From Thalia democratica (lineage: Eukaryota): a stretch of 64,000 nt of DNA. The notes beneath the pieces are model-generated. The model saw nothing but the letters and a program-made list of their open reading frames with translations. It searched no databases and was not told the origin of the DNA. The stretch is taken from contig CBDBBG010000103.1 of NCBI GenBank assembly GCA_965202585.1, positions 1 through 64,000 of the forward strand, given 5' to 3'. The position numbers were made by a program, and so were the translations under genes. Positions 1 to 12,370 of this stretch are shown one piece after another. Positions within the stretch are counted from its first letter, which is position 1; every line of letters begins with the position of its first letter.

Positions 1-222
1 TTTTAGCACATTGAAAAAATATCTGCATGGGAATCTGTTATCAGGTAGTAAGCCAGGCCGAACCCCTTTCTGACTGTTTCTGGGCTTACAACAACTATTC
101 GCATAAAAACTATTTACTTTTCAGTTGTAAGCGTTTATGTTCTGTGAATAAAAATATATTTTTTTATTTTAATAAACAAAAGTTATTTTTTAGTTTCTTT
201 AATAAATTACATAACAAAAGCT

Positions 223-1879
223 ATGGAATCCATTAAAAGAAAAGTTGAAGAGTTTACGAAAAGTCACCCTGGCTGTAGAAGTTTTCTACAAGATATGGTC
301 AGGAAGGCGGAAGAAGAAAAACATGATTACAAAAAAGAGAAGTTATTTAAAAAAGCTAAAGAGTTGTGTGAATATAATGTTGCAAATTTCAAAAAATGTG
401 TTCTTCCTGGTTTTAAATACAAAATTGAGCTGCTAGAAACAAACCACCCAGACTACGAACTTCTCGAAAGTTCTATAAAAGCTAACCATAGTTCTAAAAA
501 TCAAATGACCATAATGCAAAAGACTAATTGTTTGAAAATATACAGAGTAGTATGTAATGAAAAAATTTCAACTGAGACGAGCAGTTCTAATCAGATACTT
601 TTGCTTCATGGAACAAAAGCACCAAATGTAGGAGGAATCTTAAAGTCAGGATTCAATCCATCTCAAAAAGGATCTTATGGACCTGGAGTATATCTTACTA
701 ACAGTTTTAGTTATGCTTATGGTTACGGTAACTACTTTGCAACAGAAGATAATATGATTAAACATCTTAGATACTATTTTGTGAACAGTGTACCGTTTCC
801 TGAATTACATTCATATGGTAAGGAATTTAAAATAACAAAATCCTTTGAAGACTATCTTAGTAAAGAGCCATCAGTTGAATTTTATAAGTTTGGTTCACAA
901 CAAAAAATCAAAATTGAAGAGTCTACATTAGACTTGTTTGATAGCCATAACAGAAAACTTTTAAAAGGCTCATTTCAAAATATTGAGCAACAAAGTATAG
1001 CTTTAGCTCACCATAGTTTAGTAGTGCCTGCTTATTTAATTGAAATTGAAGAAAAAACTAAAGTAGACGATATAGTTAATGAAATACTCTATAGTTGTTT
1101 AAAAATATTCAGGTATACGAAAAATACTGCTAATTTTGATATAAATCGTAAAACTAACAGAGAAAATAACACCCAAAATGAAGTTTCCGAATTTTCTTTT
1201 TCAATGATTGAAAAGAGCTAAAGAATGAAATTATTCGACACTATCGAGCAAAAACTGATCGTCTTACTTTTGCATTAGAATATAATATCAATTCGATGAT
1301 AAAACAACTTTCTTTTCAATTAAGCAGTATTTATGAGGTAAAAAATAACGAAAAACGAAAATTTAGTACAGAACTTCTACATAAAGATGACAATGACTAC
1401 AAGTTTATTTTGCGTTCAATTGATAACAAAAATGGTGACAATTTTCGAAAAATTAGACAATTGTTCAGAGTTAACCCTACTAATAAAAATGAAGTCCTCA
1501 ACTATAAACATAAATACCTTTATCTAAAAGGAGTAAAAGCGGACAAAGTAAAACACGTTTTGACGAATGGTTTTACTGATTTAAATAGGCTAAATATGTT
1601 TGACTCAATTTTACGAACAACTGCAACGAACTTGAATTTTGCAACATTTGTTGGTAGTAATTATTGTGAAGTTGACAACACAGTGAAAAAGTTGTCATTT
1701 GTATTTGTTGTCTGTTCAAAAGAAAATTATAAACATCAAAACGATGATAAAACAATCGAGGATAGCAGGAAAAGTGTAACAAGAGAAGGAATACTTAGTA
1801 ATTTGGAGCATGGGGTTATAAAAATATTTCGGGTTCAGTTCCAGCCTACTTGATTATATTTGAGTTAGATGAACATTGA
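223..1879 (+). CDS. Intronless tandem ADP-ribosyltransferase (PARP catalytic-like) domain protein, copy 1 (~550 aa); reading frame broken by two 1-bp deletions in A-runs
   Basis: ORFs 223..1221 and 1296..1853 join into one protein if one A is added at 1211-1214 and one at 1820-1824 (copy 2 has the extra A at both sites). PARP signature LLLHGT...ILKSGF...YGPGVYLTNSFSYAYGY and C-terminal VVPAYLI. A second degenerate domain follows (YLKGV...VLTNGF...VPAYLIIFE). Stop TGA at 1877-1879. Confidence 0.85.
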
Positions 1880-2609
1880 AGTAAAGAATATGTTCAAATT
1901 TCTTTCTTTTTACAAAAATTAATTTAAGTATAATTATTTGAACGTTTTCCTAGTGAAATATATCTTTTATAAAATTTCTTTCCACTTCAAATAACTTATT
2001 TTAATTTTAAGTAATATGTACGTTACTTAAAAAATTAATAGTAGTAAAGTATTTCTTAACTGACATTGTTTAAATGTCTGTTTTATTTTATCTGTTTATT
2101 TTAAACTTATTCTAATGTACTTTATTAGTTTCTAGAGTAAAACGGTTTTAAATTTTAATTAAGAAAAAAAACCTAGAACTTTTTTCTGCTTTAAAGATAA
2201 TAGTCACTTATTATTTTTAAATTTTACATGTAATTCTGTATATTGAAATAAATTTGAGCAATTAAATACTGTTTTCTATTATATTATTTATAAAAATCCT
2301 TAACAATAAATATAAATTAATTTTTACATATAAATTTAAGTTATAAAGTTATCTTAAAGTTTTAAAAAGACAAAAGTTACTTATTAAGAAGTTATATTTT
2401 TATTGATGAATTATTAGAGTTATAATTCAAAGTTTTGCCCGATATTTATCAATATATGTTTTTTAATTCTATAATTCGCTAGCACTGATTTATGTTTTTT
2501 AGTTATTTATGATAAACTATACTAAAAATGTTAGTTTTCGTTAAAATTTAAACTAAGACAAAAATTACTATGGCTTGTTAGTTAAAAAAGCAAAACTAAG
2601 CTGCTACAC

Positions 2610-2690
2610 TTAGCTTTTTTTTTCTTTTAAGCAAAATTAGCTTTTTTTTTTCCTTTAAGCAAAATTAGCTTTTTTTTTCCTTTAAGCGAA
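2610..2690 (+). repeat. ~28-bp x3 tandem repeat (TAGCTTTTTTTTTCCTTTAAGCAAAAT)
   Basis: Three copies here and at ~13104-13180; a single copy at ~48376-48400. Confidence 0.85.
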
Positions 2691-3121
2691 ATATATATTA
2701 AAGTAGGACGAGTAAGTATATATTAATTCTAAAACACAATTGCTATTTCTATAACAAAAAGATAGTATACTTAATTTATTCTAGTCATGAATTATACATA
2801 GTTCACAATCAGTAACTAATACTGATGCTTAATGGCTTATATTCACTTTTTAAATTTTTTTTGCTACAATTTATGAAAACATGATTTATTTCTTTAGTGG
2901 GAAAATTTATTGATTTATGAGGTCTTTTGTAGCTATATAGGCTTTTTTATTCTTATATGATGTAATTATTAGTTTTACTTTTTAAAATAATTTTTTTAAA
3001 TTGATTTTAGATAGCTAATAGTCTTCACTATTTTTTAAAACTTAAGTTACACATCATTTTGAGTTATTTTTGTGCATAAAGCATAAGAGTCAATAATGCA
3101 CGAAGTAAACTATGCACTATA

Positions 3122-3463
3122 TCAACAAGCATATCTTTTGCACGGTGATGGGTCAGATATGCACGAAAACACTTTTAAAGAAATTGTCAAGTATGCACGA
3201 ATAGTCACTTTGCAAGAAAAGTCACTTTTATACGAAGACAATTTTGCATGGCGTCACTTTTCACGAAGGGTCTTTTTTTTTTCATGAAGATAGTTTTGCT
3301 CGTGGAAAAGTGAGCCTTCGTGAAAAGTGTCTTTGTGCTAAAATTTCCTTCGTGCCAAATTGTTTTTGTGCAAAATTGACTATTCGTTTATATTTGACAT
3401 TTTGTTTAAAAGTGCCTTTGTGCATATTTGACCAATTACCGTGCAAAAGATATACTTATTTGT
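3122..3463. mobile_element. Palindromic MITE/foldback-like element with ~120-bp terminal inverted repeats
   Basis: Left arm CAACAAGCATATCTTTTGCACGGTGATGGGTCAGATATGCACG... matches the reverse complement of the right arm ...GTGCATATTTGACCAATTACCGTGCAAAAGATATACTTATTTG. Internal GTCACTTTTGCACG-like short repeats. No TSD identified. Confidence 0.7.
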
Positions 3464-4224
3464 AACAAATATTGTCAACTATTAATTAAATATTCTAATA
3501 AAGATGAAGATATTCTATAAAAGGTATTTCAAAACAAATGACTAGATCAAAACATTGTTTTGAACATTTTTTACTCTTTTTATATTGTGATACGGAAGCG
3601 TTAAAAATAACAAGCTTGATTGAACAGTGGCAGTAGTAATTAATTATTTATAAGTAGTCTGACATTAAAAGTCTAACTAATAATCTGGTTGCTGTTTTAT
3701 TGTTGAATTTAGTACAGTATTGTAAAATATTGGTTCAAATTAATAACTTTTTGTAGTAAATGTAAATTCGTCTCGACAATGTTTAATAAATTAAGTGGAA
3801 CCCGGTCTGTGAGCATGTAAATCTGGCCCGCTAAACCAAATTTTAAACTTACACTAGATAAGGGGTCAGAAAACCGCAGCCTATGAAGAGCAAAACAAAA
3901 TGCATCCCATAAAAGGTACAAACTCGTGCCCACGAAAATAACATCTTTAAATATAAATCTAGATTTCAGGATATTTAAAATTAAGAGTATAAACAGAATG
4001 AACGGGAAATTTAAAACTTGCACTATATTTACTGAAGTTTGAAGCGGCAAACTAAATAAAAAAACTTTCAAAATTAGTTGAACTATTTATTTCTTTTAAA
4101 CTTTTGAAACTATGCTGCCCGCCAAAAACTAATGTTGCTCATCTATTTTCTAGAGTGTACTTTTTTCAACCAAACATGCTGAGATAAAAGCAGGAGTCGG
4201 CAAACTGTGAATTTTATTTCAAAT

Positions 4225-4481
4225 CAAATGCAGCCAACGAAAAGTTAAATACGGATTGCAACATGTAAATGTTCAAAAACTTTAACGAAGTAGTCAGGAA
4301 TATAATATTAAAGGCAAAATGTTTGACAAATGGTACATCTTACGGGAAATTCATAACTCGCACTAGGTATTTCGGGTATGTTATGAAGAATGATAACAAA
4401 ACTACGATTGATAGTAGCAAATATTATGATTTGCAAAATTTTTTTTGTGAAAATTATATGCCAGCTGACTTCTGGTTTTAA
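4225..4481 (+). pseudogene. Decayed CTLD exon of the same family as the receptor-kinase ectodomain (also ~14690..14949 and ~49990..50259)
   Basis: Unit 2 reads TCTRYFEYVMKNNNKTTIDSCKYYNFQNLICEH, against KCAEFVRVMGANVKTLKSCRPLPRPHRVVCAEK in the kinase gene. Unit 3 has YGLQHVNVQKILRSS, against KGLTEVNF...RKILSGS. Stops and frameshifts differ among copies. Confidence 0.55.
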
Positions 4482-7400
4482 GTCAAAGGAGCAATGATTA
4501 AGAATAAAAAGAAATAAAAATTCTATAAAACAGAATTTCTGTGATTGTTTTTAAAAACGATAAATACAATTGAAACTTAATTTAACGCTTCAACAAAGTT
4601 TCCATTAATACTATGTTTATTTACTAAAGATTTAAATTTTAATAAACTAAAAAAAATTGGTTCTATAAAATCTCCCCCTTTCACTATGCAAAAATTTTAA
4701 TCTCAAAGTATCTATCAAATATTTTCGATAGTTTTGTTTGAGGTTAAAATGCTTCCAGCAACAAAACAGACGCTTTGTTTCACTTTATCTAATATTATAA
4801 TACTATTAAAACTTAAATCTATAAGTTGCTCTCATAATTTTTTGTTAGTATTAATAAACTGCTTAAAAGTTCACGTTTCAATCTCACAGTGCTACCAATG
4901 GTGTGAAAATACACATTATGGTAGACTCTTTTATTAAATAAAATTTACAATAAAGTTAAAATACTTTGTATAAGTTTATAGAATTTTTATCCTATTTAAA
5001 TTTCGTTCTTATAAGTTTATTGTAAAATGCTAAAATTATAAAGACATTTTTGTATAAAATAGTATTCAATAAAGACTGTTTTTTTAATCTTAAAACAATT
5101 TTTAATGTATATTAAATAAATCAGTAAATTAAATCAAAAACTAATTCTTTGATATGATCAATTTAAATAGTTTAAACCTCGAAGACAACTAATAATAAAG
5201 AATGTTGAATTCTATGTGGGGAATGCCCCGGAGTGGTGATCACGTTAGTGGCCACGTAAAACCGTATGAAGGTTTTTAGAGGGTAGCTTTGCTCTATTTG
5301 GACTGGTGGAGGTTCTATAACTAGTCAATGATAGGTAATGAGACTAAGATAATCAACTTGAGACTAAGATATTTTCAATCAATAAACAAAATGAAGACAA
5401 CGCAATTATAAATAATGAAATTATTAAGCTTTTAATACCAATAAATACAAATCTAAAAAATTAGTAAATTAGTCAAATGTAAACTAAGTTGTGTAATAGT
5501 TTAAATGAGTATAAGCCGTAACTTAATTGTATATATCAGCAGTTATAAATGTTATTTTATTTTGAACTAGAAACAAACTGCTGAGTTTCAATTCAACTAT
5601 TTAAAGCCAAATACAGAACTTATGTTCCAATAAGCAGCAAATACAAATCAGTTAAGTGAACTGCTTCCAATCTCAATGCCAAGTCAACAACCAATAAGCA
5701 GTGAATTGACAGCAAGCCAATTATGAAAAAAAAAAGAATTTGTTTTTCTCTAATGCATCAGGAATAATGCCTTTAATACTTAATTACAAGTTATTTGCAG
5801 TTTACAATTTTGTTGATTGATGACTGGTTGTTTAATTTCAAGTTGTTAATAAAAATACTACTTATTATTACGGATGCATTACCAATGCATTGCAAGGTGA
5901 TAAAAAATATACATGGATAAAAAAATGATTATTCAAAGAGGGTAGAAGTTGATTGAAAACTAAACCAAATTTTAAGCTAAAAAAAAGTATAGTTTTAAGT
6001 TTTAAAAGCGAATATTTTTAACCTTTAACCGAAATATTTCTTTTTTTTTTACTTTAATCTGTGAAGATTTGTATGTGGGAGATTTTTTACAATTAAATAA
6101 ATAGGCAATATAAAACATCAACTTCATTAATATAATTTTTTGTTCAGTCTTGATTTGTAAATATTTTTGGCAATTTAAAGCAGTTGTTTTCTTCGAATTA
6201 GACACGTAGTGTATGTTTAGTTATTTAGTAGCAGTTGTCCTCTTCAGATCTACCAAGTATACTTGGTTATTGTTTACTAGTTTTAACTTTTGTTTATTAG
6301 TTGTCAAGTTCAGTGTAGTGTGCGTTTCTACATTCTCGTTATTAGGCTGCATTTTCATTCTCGCAGACCACAGTTGGCTGTACCCTGATGTAATCTAATT
6401 TTTTAGAGGTTTCTAGGCCTTAGAAAGGTTAGAATGTTTGAGAATTATGTAACTACTTTTTAGCAAATATGGTTTATCAAGGTTTAGGTAGAAAGTAAGC
6501 ATTATATCCGTAAACTCTATTTCTCTGTAACAAGTTCTTCATTTAAAAGCAATGGCCTAATGCAGTGAGAAAATGTTAAATTAAAATATTTTATACACTT
6601 TCAAGAAGTTATTCTAACTAGAATTTTATTTGTTAAATAAAGTATCAAAAACTTCTAAACAGCTGAAATTACACCTTACTTTCTCAGGTCGACCCAAAGT
6701 TCTTAAGGAACAATTCATAATTGAATTTATTTTTTTACCCATATAAAATAACAATGAATGTTTTACCATAAAAGTTTAAAATATTTTCACTCCAAATCTT
6801 CAGAAACTTACTGCAAAAATTTAAATACAACAATAGCTTTTTAAAAAAACAATAACTTTAAAAACTACTTAAGTAATTAGATTGCTGTAAAAAATCAATT
6901 AGCAAAATCAATTAATGTATTATTGATTTTAGTTAATTATAATATATTACCTTACAACTCATATACATTTTGCACCCCCAGATTATTCATTAATTTATGA
7001 AAAGAAAAGTGTGACATTTTTCAACAGCTTGACTTAGTATAAAAAGTATGTAAGATAAAACCTAAAACATTTTACCAAAAAGTGCAGCTCTTGTATAAAA
7101 AGCCTAATAAATCAAAAGTGAATGAATAAAATAAATTCTTAAAAATAAAAAAAAATAGACAATTCTTTTTGGAATATAATATTAATAATTTCATTTAATA
7201 AAACCTTTAGTGAACTTTATGTCAACTTTCGACTAAGTTTCGACAGAAAAATGTCACAGGTACACTAAAAGTAAACGTAAGATATTTAATGTTTTAAAGT
7301 TTACTGTATAAATCTCTCTATAACCAAAAAACGATTCATAATCGAGTAAAAAAAGAGCTAAATACTTTATAAACTTAGAAAACGTTTTTAACAACTAAAG

Positions 7401-10270
7401 TTTATCAATATAAGAAGTACACATCAGTAATAATAACTCGTTTTATTAGTTGCATCTTTTCATGTTACAGGTACGCAGATTGCTTAAAGGTTTAATAAAC
7501 AATTAATACTAATTTTGTAGAAAATTTGAGTCAAAAACATTTAAGTTTTCCGTTTTTTTTTCATTGCTTTAAGATCAAATTTAAATTAAGTATTTACAAT
7601 ACTAACGCTATAAGCAATTTGTTACTTTAAATAATTGGAGCATCCAAAACAACTTAAAGAAATAAAACGAGTAAAAGAAAATCTCATTAAACTACTAACC
7701 AAAAAAAAAACTAGAACCTTTAGTCCGACTATTAACTTAAAAAAAAACGTTTAAACAAACAAAGAATAGTTAAAATTACAAGAAATTTAACTAGTTGTTA
7801 TTTTTCAGAGAAAAAAAGTATACGCAACTGTTTATTTCAAAACATTTGTATTTAAATTAAGGGTAAAGTTAAATTTAAATCTTAAACATATAAAACAGTT
7901 TTAAAGAAAAAAGAACTGAACGAATTGTCTAAATGTATAACAATTAGTCAGATTAGTTAAAACGACAATTTATCTAGTCACTAAAATTCTGTTACTAAAA
8001 ATAATCTGTTTTGGTTAAAAGTTTACTAGAATAGTTAAACTAATCTAATAAAAGACTAACTGCAAAAAACTAAAAACAACATATTTGACTTACAATTTAA
8101 ACTCCCAAAACTAATTTACTGCTACGTTTACAGACTGTGAAAATAAAAAAAAATCCGAAAGTTTATTAAAGTCTAAACAAACTTAAATTATTTATAGCCA
8201 TAGTGGCTTCCATGTTGAAATTTACAAGTTTGACTTTTTGGCATTATACTTAAGCTTCCAATTTTGCGTAATAATTTAACAAATTTTCAAGTAGTTTCAT
8301 ACTTCCATACCATACTTAGATCAAATAAATATAAGTATATCAAAGTAAAATGAACAAGTTATTTCCACATGAAAAGTATTAACAAAATGGCTAAAAGAAA
8401 CTTATTTTTTAATTATAAATTCCAAGTTTTATAATATAACTTCTTAAAATTTTGACACCTCAAATTAAGTTTAAAAAATATTTTGTAAATAAGTTTTATA
8501 GTTTTAGAAAAAGTCTGTTTTATTATAAAGAAATTTATTTTAAACTTCTATCAAAAATAAATCAATTTTACTACAGAATTTCATCAAAAGCTTTAATCCT
8601 AAAAGAGTATATATTCTAATAATATTTAAGTTTTAGTACATAAACAAAGATTTTTTAAACAATTATTTATTGCGGTAGAGACTTTAAAATTACTTTTTAA
8701 AAGCAGCCACACACCAGGTTGCTTAAAATTTTTAAAAAACTTAGGCTAATTAAAAACTGTTTGAAGTAACTCGAAAAATGCTTATTTAATATTGCAAAAC
8801 TGAGAAATTAAATTTTCTTACATTTCATACTTTTTTTACAACTTTATTCTAAAAGTTACGTTTTTCTTCTGATTGTAAAGTATTTTTTTTTGTTATTATG
8901 ATTTGTTTTTTTTTTTAGTTATATGATTATTTTTTAGTTTTTACATTATTTTTTACGATAAATTAGGCTAGTTTAAAAAAAGTTTACGTCAAGCCAACTC
9001 AATCTTGTTTGCTCAATTTGCAAAACTGGGCTGTTTAAATATTTATTATAGGTTATAAGCTAGCTTTTTAACAATTTTTTATTTCTAAAGTTTTGTATAA
9101 TTAAATTTTATAAATAGTACTATTTATAGGCTATTAAGTAATTTTGAAGTGTTCAGTCATTTTAAAGTGTTTAGGTAGTCTTATGTATAATTTACTATTT
9201 TTAATTGACAGTTATCTCTTAAATCATGTTTATGTATTTGAAGTAAATTAGTTTTGGATTGGTTATATAATTTAAGATTATTTCTCTTAATCTAGTGTTT
9301 TTAGAATTTTATATATTCTTTTGTTTATTAAGATTTAAGTTCTATTCTAATGAAACTACTTTATTTTTTCCTGTTTGCAGAACATTTAGAGTCAGAATAT
9401 AAATTAATCATAAATAGAATACTACCATATAGTGTAGTTAGGATTGATATTGAAAAAAATCTATTTAGTTATATTTTTACTAGTTTAGTTTTGAATAAGA
9501 ACTAGAAACTATGAATTAGAGCCATATTGTATAATAAAAACTAAATTTTAATTTATCAGTCTAGTTTTGTGGTATAAGTATAAGAAATATATTTAAAACA
9601 TTATCTATTGATTTATAGTTTTAATCATTTTTTAGTCCACATTAGTTTAAGTTTTGTAGTATTGTTCCCTTAAACTTAAATTTTTCTTAAGTATTATTTT
9701 TCCAAGTTGCTTTTAAAAGTAACTTATAATTTTGAATACAATATAAACATACAAGTTTTTATAATAGGGGTTCGTTTTTTTAATGTATACATTACTTAAA
9801 AACTGTGTCTGATTTGATTAAAGTAGTCAAAAGTAGCATTTGTTGTTTATATGATAGTAAGTAAAGAAGTTTCCATATATTTATAATTTATATAGTTGAT
9901 ATATAAAATAACCTACAATCTGTCTGTAATTACACCATTAAACATTTTATACTTATAAAAAGATATTTTAAATTAAAATTTGATTATTTTTGTACCAAAA
10001 ATTCACAAACCTATCCTGTTCAGTTTCGTTATTTTAAATTGGTCATTAGTAAACGACACCTAATAGCTAATATTTATTTATTATTAACTAAACAAAAATG
10101 ATGTTGTGATCGAAGACGTTTAAAGTCTGTTAAATTTAGTTTGTTTTTAAAGCTTTAAAAAAAATAATCAATTTAATGTTGGGCTATATCAAAAAAAAAA
10201 TTTAATTATATTTAATCATTGATTTTATTTTTAATTGTTACCTTTGTAAACTTCAATAGATTTTAACCCA

Positions 10271-10458
10271 CTGTTTGTTGAAGATCGTATTTGTTTGATG
10301 CAGATCAAAAACTGTAATTTAAAGACCTTGAACTGTTTGTTGCAGATCTTAAACTGTGTATTGAAGATCTTAAACTTTATGTTAAAGATCCTAAACTGTT
10401 TGTTACTCATCTTTAACTGTTTGATGCACATCTTGAACTGTTTTTGCAGTTCCTAAAC
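10271..10458. repeat. 21-bp minisatellite (GATCTTAAACTGTTTGTTGCA-like), ~9 units, upstream of ART copy 2
   Basis: 21-bp periodicity is visible directly; minus-strand translation gives 7-aa repeats. Confidence 0.9.
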
Positions 10459-10712
10459 GCAAACGTTCTAGAGTGTCAGCCCGTTTTAATTAATAGCACA
10501 TTAAAAAAATATCTGCATGGGAATCTGTTATCAGGTAGTAAGCCAGGCCGAACCCCTTTCTGACTGTTTCTGGGCTTACAACAACTATTCGCATAAAAAC
10601 TATTTACTTTTCAGTTGTAAGCGTTTATGTTCTGTGAAAAAAAATACATTTTTTTATTTTAATAAACAAAAGTTATTTTTTAGTTTCTTTAATAAATTAC
10701 ATAACAAAAGCT

Positions 10713-12370
10713 ATGGAACCCATTAAAAGAAAAGTTGAAGAGTTTACGAAAAGTCACCCTGGCTGTAGAAGTTTTCTACAAGATATGGTCAGGAAGGCGA
10801 AGAAGAAAAACATGATTACAAAAAAGAGAAGTTATTTAAAAAAGCTAAAGAGTTGTGTGAATATAATGTTGCAAATTTCAAAAAATGTGTTCTTCCTGGT
10901 TTTAAATACAAAATTGAGCTGCTAGAAACAAACCACCCAGACTACGAACTTCTTGAAAGTTCTATAAAAACTAACCATAGTTCTAAAAATCAAATGACCA
11001 TAATGCAAAAGACTAATTGTTTGAAAATATACAGAGTAGTATGTAATGAAAAAATTTCAACTGAGACGAGCAGTTCTAATCAGATACTTTTGCTTCATGG
11101 AACAAAAGCACCAAATGTAGGAGGAATCTTAAAGTCAGGATTCAATCCGTCTCAAAAAGGATCTTATGGACCTGGAGTATATCTTACTAACAGTTTTAGT
11201 TATGCTTATGGTTACGGTAGCTACTTTGCAACAGAAGATAATATGATTTAACATCTTAGATACTATTTTGTGAACAGTGTACCGTTTCCTGAATTACATT
11301 CATATGGTAAGGAATTTAAAATAACAAAATCCTTTGAAGACTATCTTAGTAAAGAGCCATCAGTTGAATTTTATAAGTTTGGTTCACAACAAAAAATCAA
11401 AATTGAAGAGTCTACATTAGACTTGTTTGATAGCCATAACAGAAAACTTTTAAAAGGCTCATTTCAAAATATTGAGCAACAAAGTATAGCTTTAGCTCAC
11501 CATAGTTTAGTAGTGCCTGCTTATTTAATTGAAATTGAAGAAAAAACTAAAGTAGACGATATAGTTAATGAAATACTCTATAGTTGTTTAAAAATATTCA
11601 GGTATACGAAAAATACTGCTAATTTTGATATAAGTCGTAAAACTAACAGAGAAAATAACACCCAAAATGAAGTTTCCGAATTTTCTTTTTCAATGATTGA
11701 AAAAGAGCTAAAGAATGAAATTATTCGACACTATCGAGCAAAAACTGATCGTCTTACTTTTGCATTAGAATATAATATCAATTCGATGATAAAACAACTT
11801 TCTTTTCAATTAAGCAGTATTTATGAGGTAAAAAATAACGAAAAACGAAAATTTAGTACAGAACTTCTACATAAAGATGACAATGACTACAAGTTTATTT
11901 TGCGTTCAATTGATAACAAAAATGGTGACAATTTTCGAAAAATTAGACAATTGTTCAGAGTTAACCCTACTGATAAAAATGAAGTTCTCAACTACAAACA
12001 TAAATACCTTTATCTAAAAGGAGTTAAAGCGGACAAAGTAAAACATGTTTTGACGAATGGTTTTACTGATTTAAATAGGCTAAATATGTTTGACTCAATT
12101 TTACGAACAACTGCAACGAACTTGAATTTTGCAACATTTGTTGGTAGTAATTATTGTGAAGTTGACAACACAGTGAAAAAGTTGTCATTTGTATTTGTTG
12201 TCTGTTCAAAAGAAAATTATAAAGATCAAAACGATGATAAAACAATCGAGGATAGCAGGAAAAGTGTAACAAGAGAAGGAATACTTAGTAATTTGGAGCA
12301 TGGGGTTATAAAAAATATTTCGGGTTCAGTTCCAGCCTACTTGATTATATTTGAGTTAGATGAACATTGA
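10713..12370 (+). pseudogene. Tandem ART-domain gene, copy 2 (1-bp deletion near 10799 and nonsense TAA at 11249-11251)
   Basis: Near-identical to copy 1. It has GCGAAG where copy 1 has GCGGAAG (frameshift) and ATT TAA CAT where copy 1 has ATT AAA CAT. ORFs 10713, 10853 and 11270 tile the full protein. Confidence 0.8.

Larger units (their letters stand above)
1..10490 (+). repeat. ~10.5-kb tandem unit carrying the ART gene (unit 1)
   Basis: Anchors recur at an offset of 10490 (ATG 223/10713; TTATTCGACAC 1231/11721). Unit 2 is collinear from ~10490 to ~17375. Unit 3 spans 46984..~56340 and is collinear with 1231..10490. Confidence 0.95.

Noticed and set aside
27-236. 69-aa ORF conserved upstream of three ART copies as a separate gene
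   Set aside because: Its persistence reflects recent duplication; the 3' half is low-complexity AT sequence that looks like a 5'-UTR intron (GTAAGC donor near 47, TTTTTTAG acceptor near 193). No recognisable domain.
3096-3465. Short ORFs over the palindromic element (also 13565-13980 and 48785-49089)
   Set aside because: They lie within a MITE, and frames and stops differ among copies.
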